A stretch of 64,000 nt of DNA from a virus (Duplodnaviria > Caudoviricetes), in IMG/VR virus record IMGVR_UViG_3300035698_011757, positions 1,481 to 65,480 of that record. The stretch is one strand, 5' to 3'. The notes below the pieces were generated by a model. That model saw only the letters and a program-made list of their open reading frames with translations. It had not been told where the DNA came from and did not search any database. Numbering within the stretch: the stretch's first letter is position 1; each line of letters opens with the position of its first letter. The translations under genes were made by a program, and so were the position numbers. Positions 7,995-17,952 of the stretch are shown in pieces.

Positions 7995-8270
7995 ATGAAA
8001 TGTGTTTATATAAAAACTGTAGAAGTGTCTTCAAAAAGGATTAGTGGAGGAACTGTGAAAACATCCAAGTATGCCGCGTTACTCATAAACGATTCTTTAA
8101 AAAACACAACAACGACCTTCTACATCGAAAGCTACTTTTACAAAAGGGGCGAGCTAAAATGTAAAAAAAATGAATTAACAATAAATCTCTCACCAAATGA
8201 ACAAAAAATAATATTTGGAGAAGAAATGAACATTCTTGATTTTGGTGGCAAAATAAAATGTGTCCCATGA
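7995..8270 (+). CDS. Hypothetical protein
   Basis: ORF starting right after the tRNA-Val CCA. Confidence 0.5.
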   Translation: MKCVYIKTVEVSSKRISGGTVKTSKYAALLINDSLKNTTTTFYIESYFYKRGELKCKKNELTINLSPNEQKIIFGEEMNILDFGGKIKCVP

Positions 8271-8360
8271 GGTCAAAGAGTGTCAGATTCCCTTGTAGGT
8301 TGCAGGGTATTATATTTAGGGACTTTCGCTTTAAGCGACAATTTTCTATTAAAAAAAATT

Positions 8361-8446
8361 GGAAAGTAAACTAACGATGAGTTAGCACCGTTTGCTAAAG
8401 GTTGGGGGCTGAAAGGTCTGGATTTCGAGTATCCTGCTTTCCTCCA
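8361..8446 (+). tRNA. tRNA-Ser(GCU), imperfect
   Basis: GGAAAGT/GCTTTCC-T-CCA; loop TT GCT AA; long variable arm. Confidence 0.6.
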
Positions 8447-8501
8447 AAAAAGTTAAGATTTATCTTGACTTTTTTTGTGTTTAGATATAATGGTCGTCAC
8501 T

Positions 8502-8951
8502 ATGGATAAAGATCAAAAAAACGTAAAAGAGTTTATGCTCGCAGCAGGACAGGAAGTAAAAGATTTAATTGAAGTTCCAGATTTTAAAACAAGATCATTA
8601 AGAGTGAGGCTTTTACTAGAAGAGGTTTTGGAATTCGCTAAAGCCAGCGCGGTTACGATTAATATTGGCGACGTGGAGGTTTTAGAGGTGGATGTTGAAA
8701 TGTTTGATGATGGCTGGGATAATGTCGACATGGTAGAAGTTGCTGACGGTCTTACGGATATAGATTATGTTAATAATGGTGCGGCGCTAGCTTACGGCAT
8801 CGACCTTGAGCTATGCAAGACAGAAGTTCATAGATCAAACATGAGCAAATTTATTGACGGGCATCGTCACGAAAATGGAAAGTGGATAAAAGGCCCTAGT
8901 TATTCGGAGGCTGACTTAAAAAGTGTGTTGGAAAAACAAAAAATAGTGTAA
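8502..8951 (+). CDS. MazG/PRA-PH-like NTP pyrophosphohydrolase
   Basis: LRVRLLLEEVLEF, EVADGLTDIDYV, EVHRSNMSK, GKWIKGPSY. Confidence 0.85.
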   Translation: MDKDQKNVKEFMLAAGQEVKDLIEVPDFKTRSLRVRLLLEEVLEFAKASAVTINIGDVEVLEVDVEMFDDGWDNVDMVEVADGLTDIDYVNNGAALAYGIDLELCKTEVHRSNMSKFIDGHRHENGKWIKGPSYSEADLKSVLEKQKIV

Positions 8952-8980
8952 ATATATGTAACAACATAACACTTTCACAA

Positions 8981-9565
8981 ATGTCAAAAAGTAACCACTC
9001 AAAAAAAGCTTTCACAAATAATGATTACAGAAACGCTTATTGGGGCGGCGTAACTCACGGAGTCGCACACGCTTCGGTTGATGGTTATTTTTTAGACGTA
9101 AACGACGCATTTTGTTCTTTAGTGGGATACACAAGATCAGAACTGTTAGATTTGAGGTTTGAAGATATTACAGACACTATGGATTTAAGAGCTGACCTTG
9201 AAAGTGCCTTATCAACAATAAAAGGCGAAATTAGAGGTTACGGAATAGACAAAAACTACAAACATAAACAAAAATATCTAGTGTTCGTAAACCTTCAAGT
9301 AAGGAGAGTTCCAGTGAGTGAAGATTTACCTTTTGAGCATTTTGTAATACACGCCTATAGAAAGCCTCCAATCGTAAACGTAAAAACAGAAAAGTGCGCC
9401 AATGGCGAAAGTAAATTAAGGACAACAACTTCTTGGAAGGATTTCATTTTTGATAATAAAAAAGCTGCTATTTGGGCAGTAGTTCTTATTTGCTTAATGG
9501 GATTTGTTTCTGGAAATCTACTAAACGTTCTCGAATTCATTATAAGGTTTAAACTTTCTAAATAA
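8981..9565 (+). CDS. PAS domain protein with C-terminal membrane helix
   Basis: DGYFLDVNDAFCSLVGYTRSELL..FEDIT; hydrophobic AAIWAVVLICLMGFVSG. Confidence 0.8.
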   Translation: MSKSNHSKKAFTNNDYRNAYWGGVTHGVAHASVDGYFLDVNDAFCSLVGYTRSELLDLRFEDITDTMDLRADLESALSTIKGEIRGYGIDKNYKHKQKYLVFVNLQVRRVPVSEDLPFEHFVIHAYRKPPIVNVKTEKCANGESKLRTTTSWKDFIFDNKKAAIWAVVLICLMGFVSGNLLNVLEFIIRFKLSK

Positions 9566-9621
9566 TTTTTTCTGCGTGGTAAAAACCTCACCATAGCGCG
9601 CATATATTACAAAGAGAGGTT

Positions 9622-9648
9622 AAAAAAGAGAGCTTTGCTCTCTTTTTT
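9622..9648 (+). terminator. Intrinsic terminator
   Basis: aaaaaagagagc-ttt-gctctctttttt. Confidence 0.75.
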
Positions 9649-9682
9649 ATTGACTTTGTTGAGAAAATTACTAAAGTAGAGT

Positions 9683-11797
9683 ATGGGCAAGATTTTTATC
9701 ACTGGCGTAACAGGTATGGACGGATCATACTTGGCGGATTATTTACTAGAGTTGGGGCATGAAGTTTATGGTGGCATTAGGCGGCTATCGTCACCGAATA
9801 CCCAGAATATCAAACAAGCCGTTAATCACAAAAACTTTCATAGTGTCGCGTTTGACCTTTCTGACACTCATTCAATCAACAAAGCGGTAGAAGAAATCCA
9901 ACCAGACTTTTTTATTAATTTAGCCGCACAATCGTTTGTGGGGTCTAGTTGGGACATTCCAGAGCAGACGTTCGATATTAACGCTACAGGTGTCCTACGA
10001 TGCCTTGAGGCGATCAGAAAGCACGCTCCTAAGTGCAGGTTCTACAACGCAGGGTCAAGCGAGGAAGTTGGAGACGTAGATTATTCCCCTCAAGACGAAA
10101 AACACCCATTAAAACCAAGATCACCATATGGCGCGTCAAAAGCGGCAGCTAGACACTTAGTGAAGGTTTATAGAGAAAGTTATGGTCTATTTGCAATTCA
10201 AGGAATGTTGTATAATCACGAATGTTTCGACTCAAACACGCCAATAATCTTAAAAAACAAGTCGGGATCAATAACGATAGATTACATTAGAAACCTATGC
10301 CCAGAAAGATCAGATATAACGAAGGACAATTCAGTGCTTACGAAAGACTTATCTTCAGAAAATCTTGACATTTGGGACGGAAGCGATTTTGTAAAATTAA
10401 AATTAATAACCAGAAGAAAAAGTAAAACAGTAAAAAATTACGAAAAAAAATCCTTAATCTCAAGACATGGAGAGTGCGTTGCGACTAACGGTCACAACTT
10501 CATACTAGAGGATGGATCTAAACGAAAGTGTGAAAAAATAAAGGAAAAGGACAGATTGAAACACGGAAAATTTCCAGAAACAAAAGAAACGATCAGTATA
10601 ACAAATGAACTAGCAAAAGTGATGGGATTCATTTGTAGAGATGGTAGCATATCAAAAATGGGTAATAAATTCAATTTAGTGAATGCAGATGAGAGCATTT
10701 TAAAGGACTTTGAAGAGTCCTGCCTCAAATCATTTCCTAATGCTAAATTTAAAAGATCTAAAAATCCCTCTAGATTTAAACTTGGAAACTTTAGTCACAA
10801 AACTACAGTGAGCGGGGTAAACTCTGGAACCGTTAATTATTTAAGAGAATCTTTATATGAAAAGAAAACAAGTCACAAAAAAATCCCAGATGAAATATTA
10901 AACTCCACAAAAGAAAAAATGCTAACATTCTTCGATTCTTACTATAGATGTGGTGGACTCAAAAAAACAAAAGCAAAATACAAATATTCAAGCTTCAAAA
11001 CTAGCTCCCCAATACTAGCACAAGGTTTATTGTTTTTAATTAGCAAAATATCAGATCAAGATTTTTGTATAAATAGATACTACCACAACGACAAACTATA
11101 TTACCAAATAAATTTAACATCAACAACTAAAGATAAAAAAGGAGATCATCTCAAAAAAAACAATAACGAAGTTAAGAAAATCATCAACATTAAAAACGGG
11201 GATGGCTGCTTCGTATATGACGTAGAGACTGAGACTGGAGTGTTGAATGCTGGGGTTGGAACAATGGTCGTGGGAAATTCGCCAAGAAGAGGCATTGAGT
11301 TTGTGACTCAGAAGATAGTTTCTTCGGCAAGAAGAATAAAAAACGACTTAGATTTAGCGTATTCACCACCAATATTATACTTGGGAAACATTTACGCAAA
11401 GAGGGATTGGAGTCATTCTAAAGATTTTGTAAGAGGAATCTGGGCAATGGTTAGTCAGCATAAGCCAGAAGAATATATTCTTGCTTCTGGAAAAACCCAC
11501 ACAGTTAAAGAGTTTGTAGAGGCGACATTTAAAGAGTTTAATATAAATTTAACATGGAAAGGAGATGGTTTGGATGAAGTGGGTTACTTAAGAGATGATA
11601 ATCACCACGAAGGTGAATTTAAACATTGGTGTAGAGCGACAACAATCCCATTGATTAAGATTTCTGAAGAGTTTTATAGACCAGCGGAAGTGGATTTATT
11701 ACACGGAGACGCAACGCTAGCGAGAGAGAATTTAGGATGGATTCCAGAGTATTCATTTACTGATTTAATTAAAGATATGGTTAAAGGTGATAAATAA
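9683..11797 (+). CDS. gmd: GDP-mannose 4,6-dehydratase with intein
   Basis: ITGVTGMDGSYLA, NLAAQSFV, PRSPYGASK, NHE|..|SPRRG, LGNIYAKRDW, RPAEVDLL. Confidence 0.95.
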   Translation: MGKIFITGVTGMDGSYLADYLLELGHEVYGGIRRLSSPNTQNIKQAVNHKNFHSVAFDLSDTHSINKAVEEIQPDFFINLAAQSFVGSSWDIPEQTFDINATGVLRCLEAIRKHAPKCRFYNAGSSEEVGDVDYSPQDEKHPLKPRSPYGASKAAARHLVKVYRESYGLFAIQGMLYNHECFDSNTPIILKNKSGSITIDYIRNLCPERSDITKDNSVLTKDLSSENLDIWDGSDFVKLKLITRRKSKTVKNYEKKSLISRHGECVATNGHNFILEDGSKRKCEKIKEKDRLKHGKFPETKETISITNELAKVMGFICRDGSISKMGNKFNLVNADESILKDFEESCLKSFPNAKFKRSKNPSRFKLGNFSHKTTVSGVNSGTVNYLRESLYEKKTSHKKIPDEILNSTKEKMLTFFDSYYRCGGLKKTKAKYKYSSFKTSSPILAQGLLFLISKISDQDFCINRYYHNDKLYYQINLTSTTKDKKGDHLKKNNNEVKKIINIKNGDGCFVYDVETETGVLNAGVGTMVVGNSPRRGIEFVTQKIVSSARRIKNDLDLAYSPPILYLGNIYAKRDWSHSKDFVRGIWAMVSQHKPEEYILASGKTHTVKEFVEATFKEFNINLTWKGDGLDEVGYLRDDNHHEGEFKHWCRATTIPLIKISEEFYRPAEVDLLHGDATLARENLGWIPEYSFTDLIKDMVKGDK
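10223..11278 (+). mobile_element. Intein in gmd with degenerate LAGLIDADG domain
   Basis: Begins CFDSNT, block B TNGHNF, ends VYDVET..VVGN|S. Confidence 0.9.
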
Positions 11798-11834
11798 GCT
11801 TGACAATCTTAAATAAAGTGTTAATATAAACAAA

Positions 11835-12428
11835 ATGAGGAAAGGAAAGCATGCTCCAAGCACACAAGAGGAATACAATAAAATCCTATCGATTCTGCGT
11901 GCGAGCATAATAGATAGAAAAATTATTCGCGGAGCTGCAAAGCTAGCAGAAAGAGTCTCCAAGTACTCAATAGAGAACATTAATTTTGTTTTAAAGGATA
12001 TGAAAGACGCCAAGGAATACGACGGATTCCAAAAAGCGGTTAAGAAAGTTCCATACAAATACAACTTCAAAAGATTAAAACCGCCAGAACTTATTGAGAT
12101 TTGGACGGATATTAGAAAATCAGACCCAAGATACAGGAGCGGAAAGTTCTGGTCTACCGAAATGAAGTTTTTAAAAATACTATGCGATCAATATCCTCAT
12201 GAATTTATTGAAAGCCTTAGATTACCAATGCCAGTAAATTCGCTGGTAGTTCTTAGTAGCGACTTTCATCAAGAACATATTAAGAGAAAATTCAAAGAAT
12301 ACAACTTTCAAAGAAAAAAAGAAGAACCCCTAGTAATTGGGGATGAGAAGTTAGGCGAAAGACTAAAGACAAAAAAAAGAAAATCATTAAAATCATTTTT
12401 AAACAATGACAAAGAACCCAAAAGATAA
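11835..12428 (+). CDS. Hypothetical protein
   Basis: 197 aa ORF behind TTGACA promoter at 11800. Confidence 0.75.
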   Translation: MRKGKHAPSTQEEYNKILSILRASIIDRKIIRGAAKLAERVSKYSIENINFVLKDMKDAKEYDGFQKAVKKVPYKYNFKRLKPPELIEIWTDIRKSDPRYRSGKFWSTEMKFLKILCDQYPHEFIESLRLPMPVNSLVVLSSDFHQEHIKRKFKEYNFQRKKEEPLVIGDEKLGERLKTKKRKSLKSFLNNDKEPKR

Positions 12429-13632
12429 AGAAAAGTATATAGACCCGACTAAAGCCGCAATGAACGCTTTCCTAAAAAACAATAAGGAATTTCATTACAA
12501 CTATGAGGACTCAATAAGATATAAAGTTTCATTCGGAAGTTTGCTTCTGGATGCTGAGTTAGAGGGTATAGGTCCTGGCTTTCATAGGTTCGTAGGCCCT
12601 ACTGAGAGCGGAAAAACATCAGAAGCTCTCAAGATCATGAAAAACATGTTCGAGACTGTTCCTAATTCAAAAGGGTATTTCGTTAAGGCGGAAGGTCGAT
12701 TGTCAGACAATATGATAGAAAGGTCTGGTATCACATTCACAACAGATCCAGAAAAATGGGACGTGGGAACATGTTTTGTTTTAGAGTCAAACGTGTTCGA
12801 GACGGCTATGGAGGCAATGAAGACCTTGATTAACATCACAGACGCTTTGGTAAAACCAGAAGATAAGATTAAATTCTGCTTTATTGTCGATTCAGTAGAC
12901 GGGCTTTGCCCGAAAGGTGATTTAGACAAGCCATTCACGGACTCAGACAAGATCGCTGGAGGAGCTGTAATTACAAGCGCGTTCGCGAAAAGATGCTCTA
13001 TTGGTTTGGAAAAACGTGGACACATGGCTTTTTTCTTAGCTCAACATCGCGCGAAGATCGAAGTAACTAGAGGTTCTCATGACAAGCAAAAGCAAGACGG
13101 AGGCACTGGAGGTAACGCTGTAAAGCATTACTCAGACTTCATTATCGAGTTTAAAACAACATACGGCAAAGACTGGATAACGGACAATGGAATTGGCGAG
13201 CAAGTGACACCAAAAAACAGAATCCAAGGAAGGATGTCAACCATCGTAATCCACAAAAGCCCAAATGAAAAAACTGGAATGACGTTAGCTTACCCAGTTA
13301 AAAGAGGGCGCACTTGCGGAAAATCAATTTGGGTGGAAAGAGAGGTTGTTGATTTCTTGCTTAATTGGGAACTTATTACAAAAAAGTCAGCTTGGTTCTC
13401 CTTTACGGAAGAAATGAATGACCAATGGACTAAATTTCACAAGGAAATATTCAACAAAGAAGAGGCTAATAGAAAAAAAATCGAAAAGAAAGATTTTAAA
13501 TCTGGGGAGTTTGAAGCTCCAGAAGAATTAAAACAAATCCAAGGAATAAAGTCTGTGTATGACTTTTTTGAAAATAACGAACCATTTACTGATCATATAG
13601 TAGAGTTCTGTAAGGATTTAATAACTTCATAA
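12406..13632 (+). CDS. RecA/UvsX-like recombinase
   Basis: GPTESGKT Walker A, IVDSV Walker B, TGGNAVKHYS, KKSAWF. Confidence 0.9.
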   Translation: MTKNPKDKEKYIDPTKAAMNAFLKNNKEFHYNYEDSIRYKVSFGSLLLDAELEGIGPGFHRFVGPTESGKTSEALKIMKNMFETVPNSKGYFVKAEGRLSDNMIERSGITFTTDPEKWDVGTCFVLESNVFETAMEAMKTLINITDALVKPEDKIKFCFIVDSVDGLCPKGDLDKPFTDSDKIAGGAVITSAFAKRCSIGLEKRGHMAFFLAQHRAKIEVTRGSHDKQKQDGGTGGNAVKHYSDFIIEFKTTYGKDWITDNGIGEQVTPKNRIQGRMSTIVIHKSPNEKTGMTLAYPVKRGRTCGKSIWVEREVVDFLLNWELITKKSAWFSFTEEMNDQWTKFHKEIFNKEEANRKKIEKKDFKSGEFEAPEELKQIQGIKSVYDFFENNEPFTDHIVEFCKDLITS

Positions 13633-14045
13633 TGAAATTTATTGATCTAAATGGAAATCTAAGAACGCTTAAAAAAGCGTCAGAGAATTGCGTAGACTGG
13701 GAAGGTGAATGTAGGAGCAAATTTCAAAAGAAAGTGAAGGAATTCTTGTTTGAATACTGGAAATACGATTTAGTTCTTGAGGAAATGAAGGTCGTTGGTA
13801 CAGCTTTATCTATCGACATTTACAACGCAACACAAAAGGTTGCGATAGAAGTTCAAGGGGAGCAGCATACAAAACACGTATCCTTCTTTCACGGATCTAA
13901 ATCGCAAAGGGGATTATCAAAACAGTTTGAGAGAGACGAAAAAAAGCTAAAGTTCTGCAAGCTAAACGACATAACAATGATAGAGATTTACAAAATAGAA
14001 GAATGCACGATAGAATTCTTCGCAGAACATGGGATTATTTTATAA
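13632..14045 (+). CDS. PD-(D/E)XK / DUF559-like endonuclease
   Basis: SIDIY..AIEVQGEQH..RDEKKLKFC. Confidence 0.75.
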   Translation: MKFIDLNGNLRTLKKASENCVDWEGECRSKFQKKVKEFLFEYWKYDLVLEEMKVVGTALSIDIYNATQKVAIEVQGEQHTKHVSFFHGSKSQRGLSKQFERDEKKLKFCKLNDITMIEIYKIEECTIEFFAEHGIIL

Positions 14046-14046
14046 A

Positions 14047-14319
14047 ATGAAAAAAAATGAAGAAGATTATGTAATATCAGAAAAAACACTAAATAAGATT
14101 TTTGACTTGACAGGAGACGGAAAAAACTATAAAGGTTTCATTCTGTTTCACACCTCATCACAGGGAAATGTAGTCATATCACAAAAAGTGGAAAATGAGG
14201 TAGTTCATCTGGGGTTACAAAAAGCAATAGACGACTATGTAAAGAAAGACCCTTTCGAGGATGAAGTTGAAACTATAATAGTTGAAGAATACGAAGACGA
14301 CGAAGAAGATAGAAATTAA
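14047..14319 (+). CDS. Hypothetical protein with acidic C-terminus
   Basis: ORF between the nuclease and helicase. Confidence 0.7.
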   Translation: MKKNEEDYVISEKTLNKIFDLTGDGKNYKGFILFHTSSQGNVVISQKVENEVVHLGLQKAIDDYVKKDPFEDEVETIIVEEYEDDEEDRN

Positions 14320-14324
14320 TTAAC

Positions 14325-16856
14325 ATGTTGTATAACTACGATATTGAAAAACAAGTCCTAGCAGGACTACTAAGATACCCAGACGACGTATTTGAAAAAA
14401 TACAAGATTACGTTAAGCCAGAGCATTTTTATGAAGAAAGTAGTGTTAATAAAACTCTATTCTTTATTATCACGGCTAGACTAGAAAAGCAGGAGAGTTT
14501 AGATCCATTCATCATTACGCAAAAAGTAACTGAGTCTGGCATTACGTTCGAAGAGCATTTGGACGTTTATGACTATCTAAAAAACTTAAATTTCAGAAAA
14601 GTTTCCGTCGAGGCGGCGGTAGACTCAGCCAAGGAGTTGATTTCGCTCTATTTCAAGAGGAGAATGTGCAAAACTGCGGACGATCTAAAAAGAACAATCA
14701 AGCAAAAGAGTTTTAGTTCATTCCAATCCATGATTGATGAGTGTGACCAAATTTATAACGACAGCGTCAACGTATTTGATGGTGGAGATAGGGATGAAGT
14801 TGCAAACATCTACGATGATCTTGAAGACGTTATTGAAGGTTTGGGTGAAGAAGGGTTAAATGATCCAGTAGGACCTCATAAAAAGCTCTATAGCATCTAT
14901 GGTAGTCAAGTTAAGGCTGGCAACATCACAATCATCTCAGCGCGCGCGGGGTGTGGAAAAATGATGCCTCATTACAGTAAAATCAAAACAAGGATAGGAT
15001 GGACTAATCATGGGGATATTAAAATTGGTGATGAAGTGTCCTGTCCAGATGGCACGTTTTCTTTGGTTGATGGCGTGTTTAAAAAGGGAGTTCAAGATGT
15101 TTACAGAATTACATTTACAGATGGAAGAGTAGCGGACTGTGGCTTGGATCACTTATGGAAGGTAAGATCCAGAAATCCTCATAAGAAAAAAACCTCTTAC
15201 GAAGTGAAAGACACGACTCAAATGATTGAAGAATTAAAAACCCTCAGTCTATATGTCCCCTTAACGGAAGCTCAAAATAATAAGGATAAATCCGTAAGCG
15301 TAGACCCTTATGTTTTAGGAATCCTACTTGGTTATGGGTGCTTGAAAAAATCAAATTACTTAAAGATAACTACGAACGATGATGAAATTTACAATAAAAT
15401 CAGCAATACTTATTCCTGCGGAAAGAAAGTTTTAGACAAAAGAACGAAAAATACATACTCATTCTCTATTTTAGACAAGAATGTAAAAAAAGCTATCGAA
15501 GAATTGGGTCTTTTAAACACGTCAAGCTCTACTAAGTTTATTCCAAGCGAATATAAGGAAGGTCTATCGAAAAGTCAAAAACTAAACTTAATTAAAGGTT
15601 TAATGGATTCATATGGACACGTATCACTTAGCTTGGAATATTCAACATTTAGCAAAAAACTATCTGATGATTTCAGAGAGTTAGTGTGGAGTATTGGAGC
15701 TGTATGCAAACAAAGAATAAAAGAAACATCGTATAAAACAAAAGAAGGCGAAAAAGTAAAATGCGAACAAACTTATATTCACGCAATTAGATATTCATCC
15801 CCAAAAGACTTGTTCTCCTTGATTAGAAAAAAGAACAAATGTCCAGAAAATTATCAATATTCAGACTTGGATTTGAAGATTGAAAAAATCGAATTCCTAT
15901 CAAGAGAAGAGTGTTCTTGCATATCCATCAATCATGAGGATCACTTGTATTTATGCGATGATTATGTAGTAACACACAACACAACATACGCCTTAGATTA
16001 CTCAACAGCGATAACTGATGAGACTGCATGCCCAGTGATTCACTTCGATAATGGAGAGATGAGCAAGAAGGAACTTCAAATTCGCCAAATGGCGGCTTTG
16101 AGCGGAGTTTCTACATTTAATATTGAGAGTGGCAGGTGGAGAAATTGTGAGATATTAACCAAGAAAATTAGAGATGTTTACAAAAAAATTAAGAATTTTA
16201 AGTTCTTCTACATAAATGTTGGTGGTAAATCCTCAACAGAAATGATGAGTATATTTAAGAGAACTTATTATTCAAAAGTTGGACGCGGAAATTATTGTGT
16301 GTTCTCTTTTGATTATATTAAAACATCGTCTGAGAAGCTAGGTAATAAACAAGAACACCAAATCGTAGGAGATATGCTTGATGGATTCAAAACTTTAATC
16401 CAAAGAACAATCCAAGACGAAGAAAAAGAGCCTTGCGTGGCAATGATAACTTCAGTTCAAAGTAATAGATCTGGAATCGTTGGGAGCCAAAGGGGTTCTC
16501 ATGAGATTATGGATGACGAGGGAAGTATTTCTTTGTCAGATAGAATTATTCAAATTGCCTCGCACGTCTATATCCTAAGAAAGAAGACGATAGAAGAAAT
16601 GGCGCGAGACACTGAGAAGTTTGGGACTCATTACCTCATTAACCTAAAAGCTCGTCACATGGGCGAAGATAAAGAGCTGGATTACATCACAGTTAAGGTT
16701 GAAGGAGCCAGACATAGAAATAAAATCTGCCTTGAACTTAAAAACTTTGTTGTAGTGGAGAAGGGCGATTTAAACGATGTCGCAGAACACCTAGAAACAA
16801 TGAATGATGTCATCGAAAACGAAAGAACCACAGACCCTTCAATCGCAGGATTATAA
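14325..16856 (+). CDS. dnaB: DnaB-like replicative helicase with intein in Walker A
   Basis: ARAGCGK|intein|TT, FDNGEM, FDYIK, VQSNR, LKARH. Confidence 0.9.
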   Translation: MLYNYDIEKQVLAGLLRYPDDVFEKIQDYVKPEHFYEESSVNKTLFFIITARLEKQESLDPFIITQKVTESGITFEEHLDVYDYLKNLNFRKVSVEAAVDSAKELISLYFKRRMCKTADDLKRTIKQKSFSSFQSMIDECDQIYNDSVNVFDGGDRDEVANIYDDLEDVIEGLGEEGLNDPVGPHKKLYSIYGSQVKAGNITIISARAGCGKMMPHYSKIKTRIGWTNHGDIKIGDEVSCPDGTFSLVDGVFKKGVQDVYRITFTDGRVADCGLDHLWKVRSRNPHKKKTSYEVKDTTQMIEELKTLSLYVPLTEAQNNKDKSVSVDPYVLGILLGYGCLKKSNYLKITTNDDEIYNKISNTYSCGKKVLDKRTKNTYSFSILDKNVKKAIEELGLLNTSSSTKFIPSEYKEGLSKSQKLNLIKGLMDSYGHVSLSLEYSTFSKKLSDDFRELVWSIGAVCKQRIKETSYKTKEGEKVKCEQTYIHAIRYSSPKDLFSLIRKKNKCPENYQYSDLDLKIEKIEFLSREECSCISINHEDHLYLCDDYVVTHNTTYALDYSTAITDETACPVIHFDNGEMSKKELQIRQMAALSGVSTFNIESGRWRNCEILTKKIRDVYKKIKNFKFFYINVGGKSSTEMMSIFKRTYYSKVGRGNYCVFSFDYIKTSSEKLGNKQEHQIVGDMLDGFKTLIQRTIQDEEKEPCVAMITSVQSNRSGIVGSQRGSHEIMDDEGSISLSDRIIQIASHVYILRKKTIEEMARDTEKFGTHYLINLKARHMGEDKELDYITVKVEGARHRNKICLELKNFVVVEKGDLNDVAEHLETMNDVIENERTTDPSIAGL
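14961..15980 (+). mobile_element. Class 3-type intein (Met at position 1) with inactivated LAGLIDADG
   Basis: Starts MMPHYS; block B DHLW, block F ECSCIS, block G VTHN|T (W-C-T signature). Confidence 0.85.
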
Positions 16857-17952
16857 GTCAATATTACAGGAGTTAGGGTATAGGTTAGAGGATAACGGAG
16901 CTACTTGGAGAACCAAAGCTCTTTATAGAAAAGGCGAGAACAAAAGCGCATTACTCATCTATAAGGATACTGGTGTGTGGGTAGATTTCGGATCTGGTGA
17001 TGATAACTACCAAGGATTCATAAAGCTAGTAGAGTTTACAACTGGGAAAAAAAGCGACGTATATTCAAAAGTAAAAAGAAAAATCTTCAATAACGAAGAC
17101 GCTCTTGATGATTTGGACTTCGAAGACCAAGAACCCTTAAAAAAGAATTTATTACAAATGAAAAAAACATATAACCCGTCATGCCTAAAAGCATTGTTGC
17201 CCCATTACAAGTTTTATGTGAGCAAAGGGTATAAACAATCAACATTAAAGTCCTTATTCGGCGGCTTGGCAATGTCAAGCGATATGAGAAACAGGTTTGT
17301 TTTCCCAATATTCAACGAAGAGGGATCTATAGATGGATTCAATGGAAGGCTAATTATAGAATCAGACAAATACCCAAAATGGAAACTCAAAGGAGCAAAG
17401 TCTGGGTTTATTTATCCTGCGTTCGTTCCAGATGAGAATATGGAGCTTCCGTTTTTAAAAGCAATAGAAGATTCAAGCGAGGTTTTTTTGGTGGAGTCTA
17501 TTGGGGATAGCGTAAGAATGATCGATTTTGATTATAAAAATAATCTAGTGGCGTTCGGTGCGTCTGTGTCTGACAAAATGCTTTCGTTTCTAAGTAGGTT
17601 TTGCAATTTAAAAATAAACATATGTATGAACAACGATACAGAGAAGGATGTAAATACTGGACTAATTAGCTGTATTAAAATTTACCTAACATTGGTTATG
17701 TTTTACGATATGGACGCCATAAGAATTTGCGTGCCAGTAAGAAATGACTTTGGAGACATGGAAAACAAATCCTGCTTTGACGAATGGGAAGCTAAGAGAA
17801 AAATCATCTGGTCTGCGGACTCAACATTAGTGGCTAAAAAAGTATTAAAGATGGCAGAATCAATGATATGCAAGCCGACAAAAACAGGAGGTATCCCAAA
17901 AAAATATGCAACAAACATCAAAAAACTAAAGAAAAAAATAAATGAGCAATAA
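16804..17952 (+). CDS. DNA primase (TOPRIM)
   Basis: RNRFVFPI..GFNGR..PKW, VFLVESIGD, NND, NDFGDM; follows dnaB. Confidence 0.85.
   Translation: MMSSKTKEPQTLQSQDYKSILQELGYRLEDNGATWRTKALYRKGENKSALLIYKDTGVWVDFGSGDDNYQGFIKLVEFTTGKKSDVYSKVKRKIFNNEDALDDLDFEDQEPLKKNLLQMKKTYNPSCLKALLPHYKFYVSKGYKQSTLKSLFGGLAMSSDMRNRFVFPIFNEEGSIDGFNGRLIIESDKYPKWKLKGAKSGFIYPAFVPDENMELPFLKAIEDSSEVFLVESIGDSVRMIDFDYKNNLVAFGASVSDKMLSFLSRFCNLKINICMNNDTEKDVNTGLISCIKIYLTLVMFYDMDAIRICVPVRNDFGDMENKSCFDEWEAKRKIIWSADSTLVAKKVLKMAESMICKPTKTGGIPKKYATNIKKLKKKINEQ

Noticed and set aside
12582-13025. Antisense ORFs inside recA, clp, gpJ, clpP and others
   Set aside because: Shadow frames of real genes with no independent motifs, unlike the HNH at 94-705
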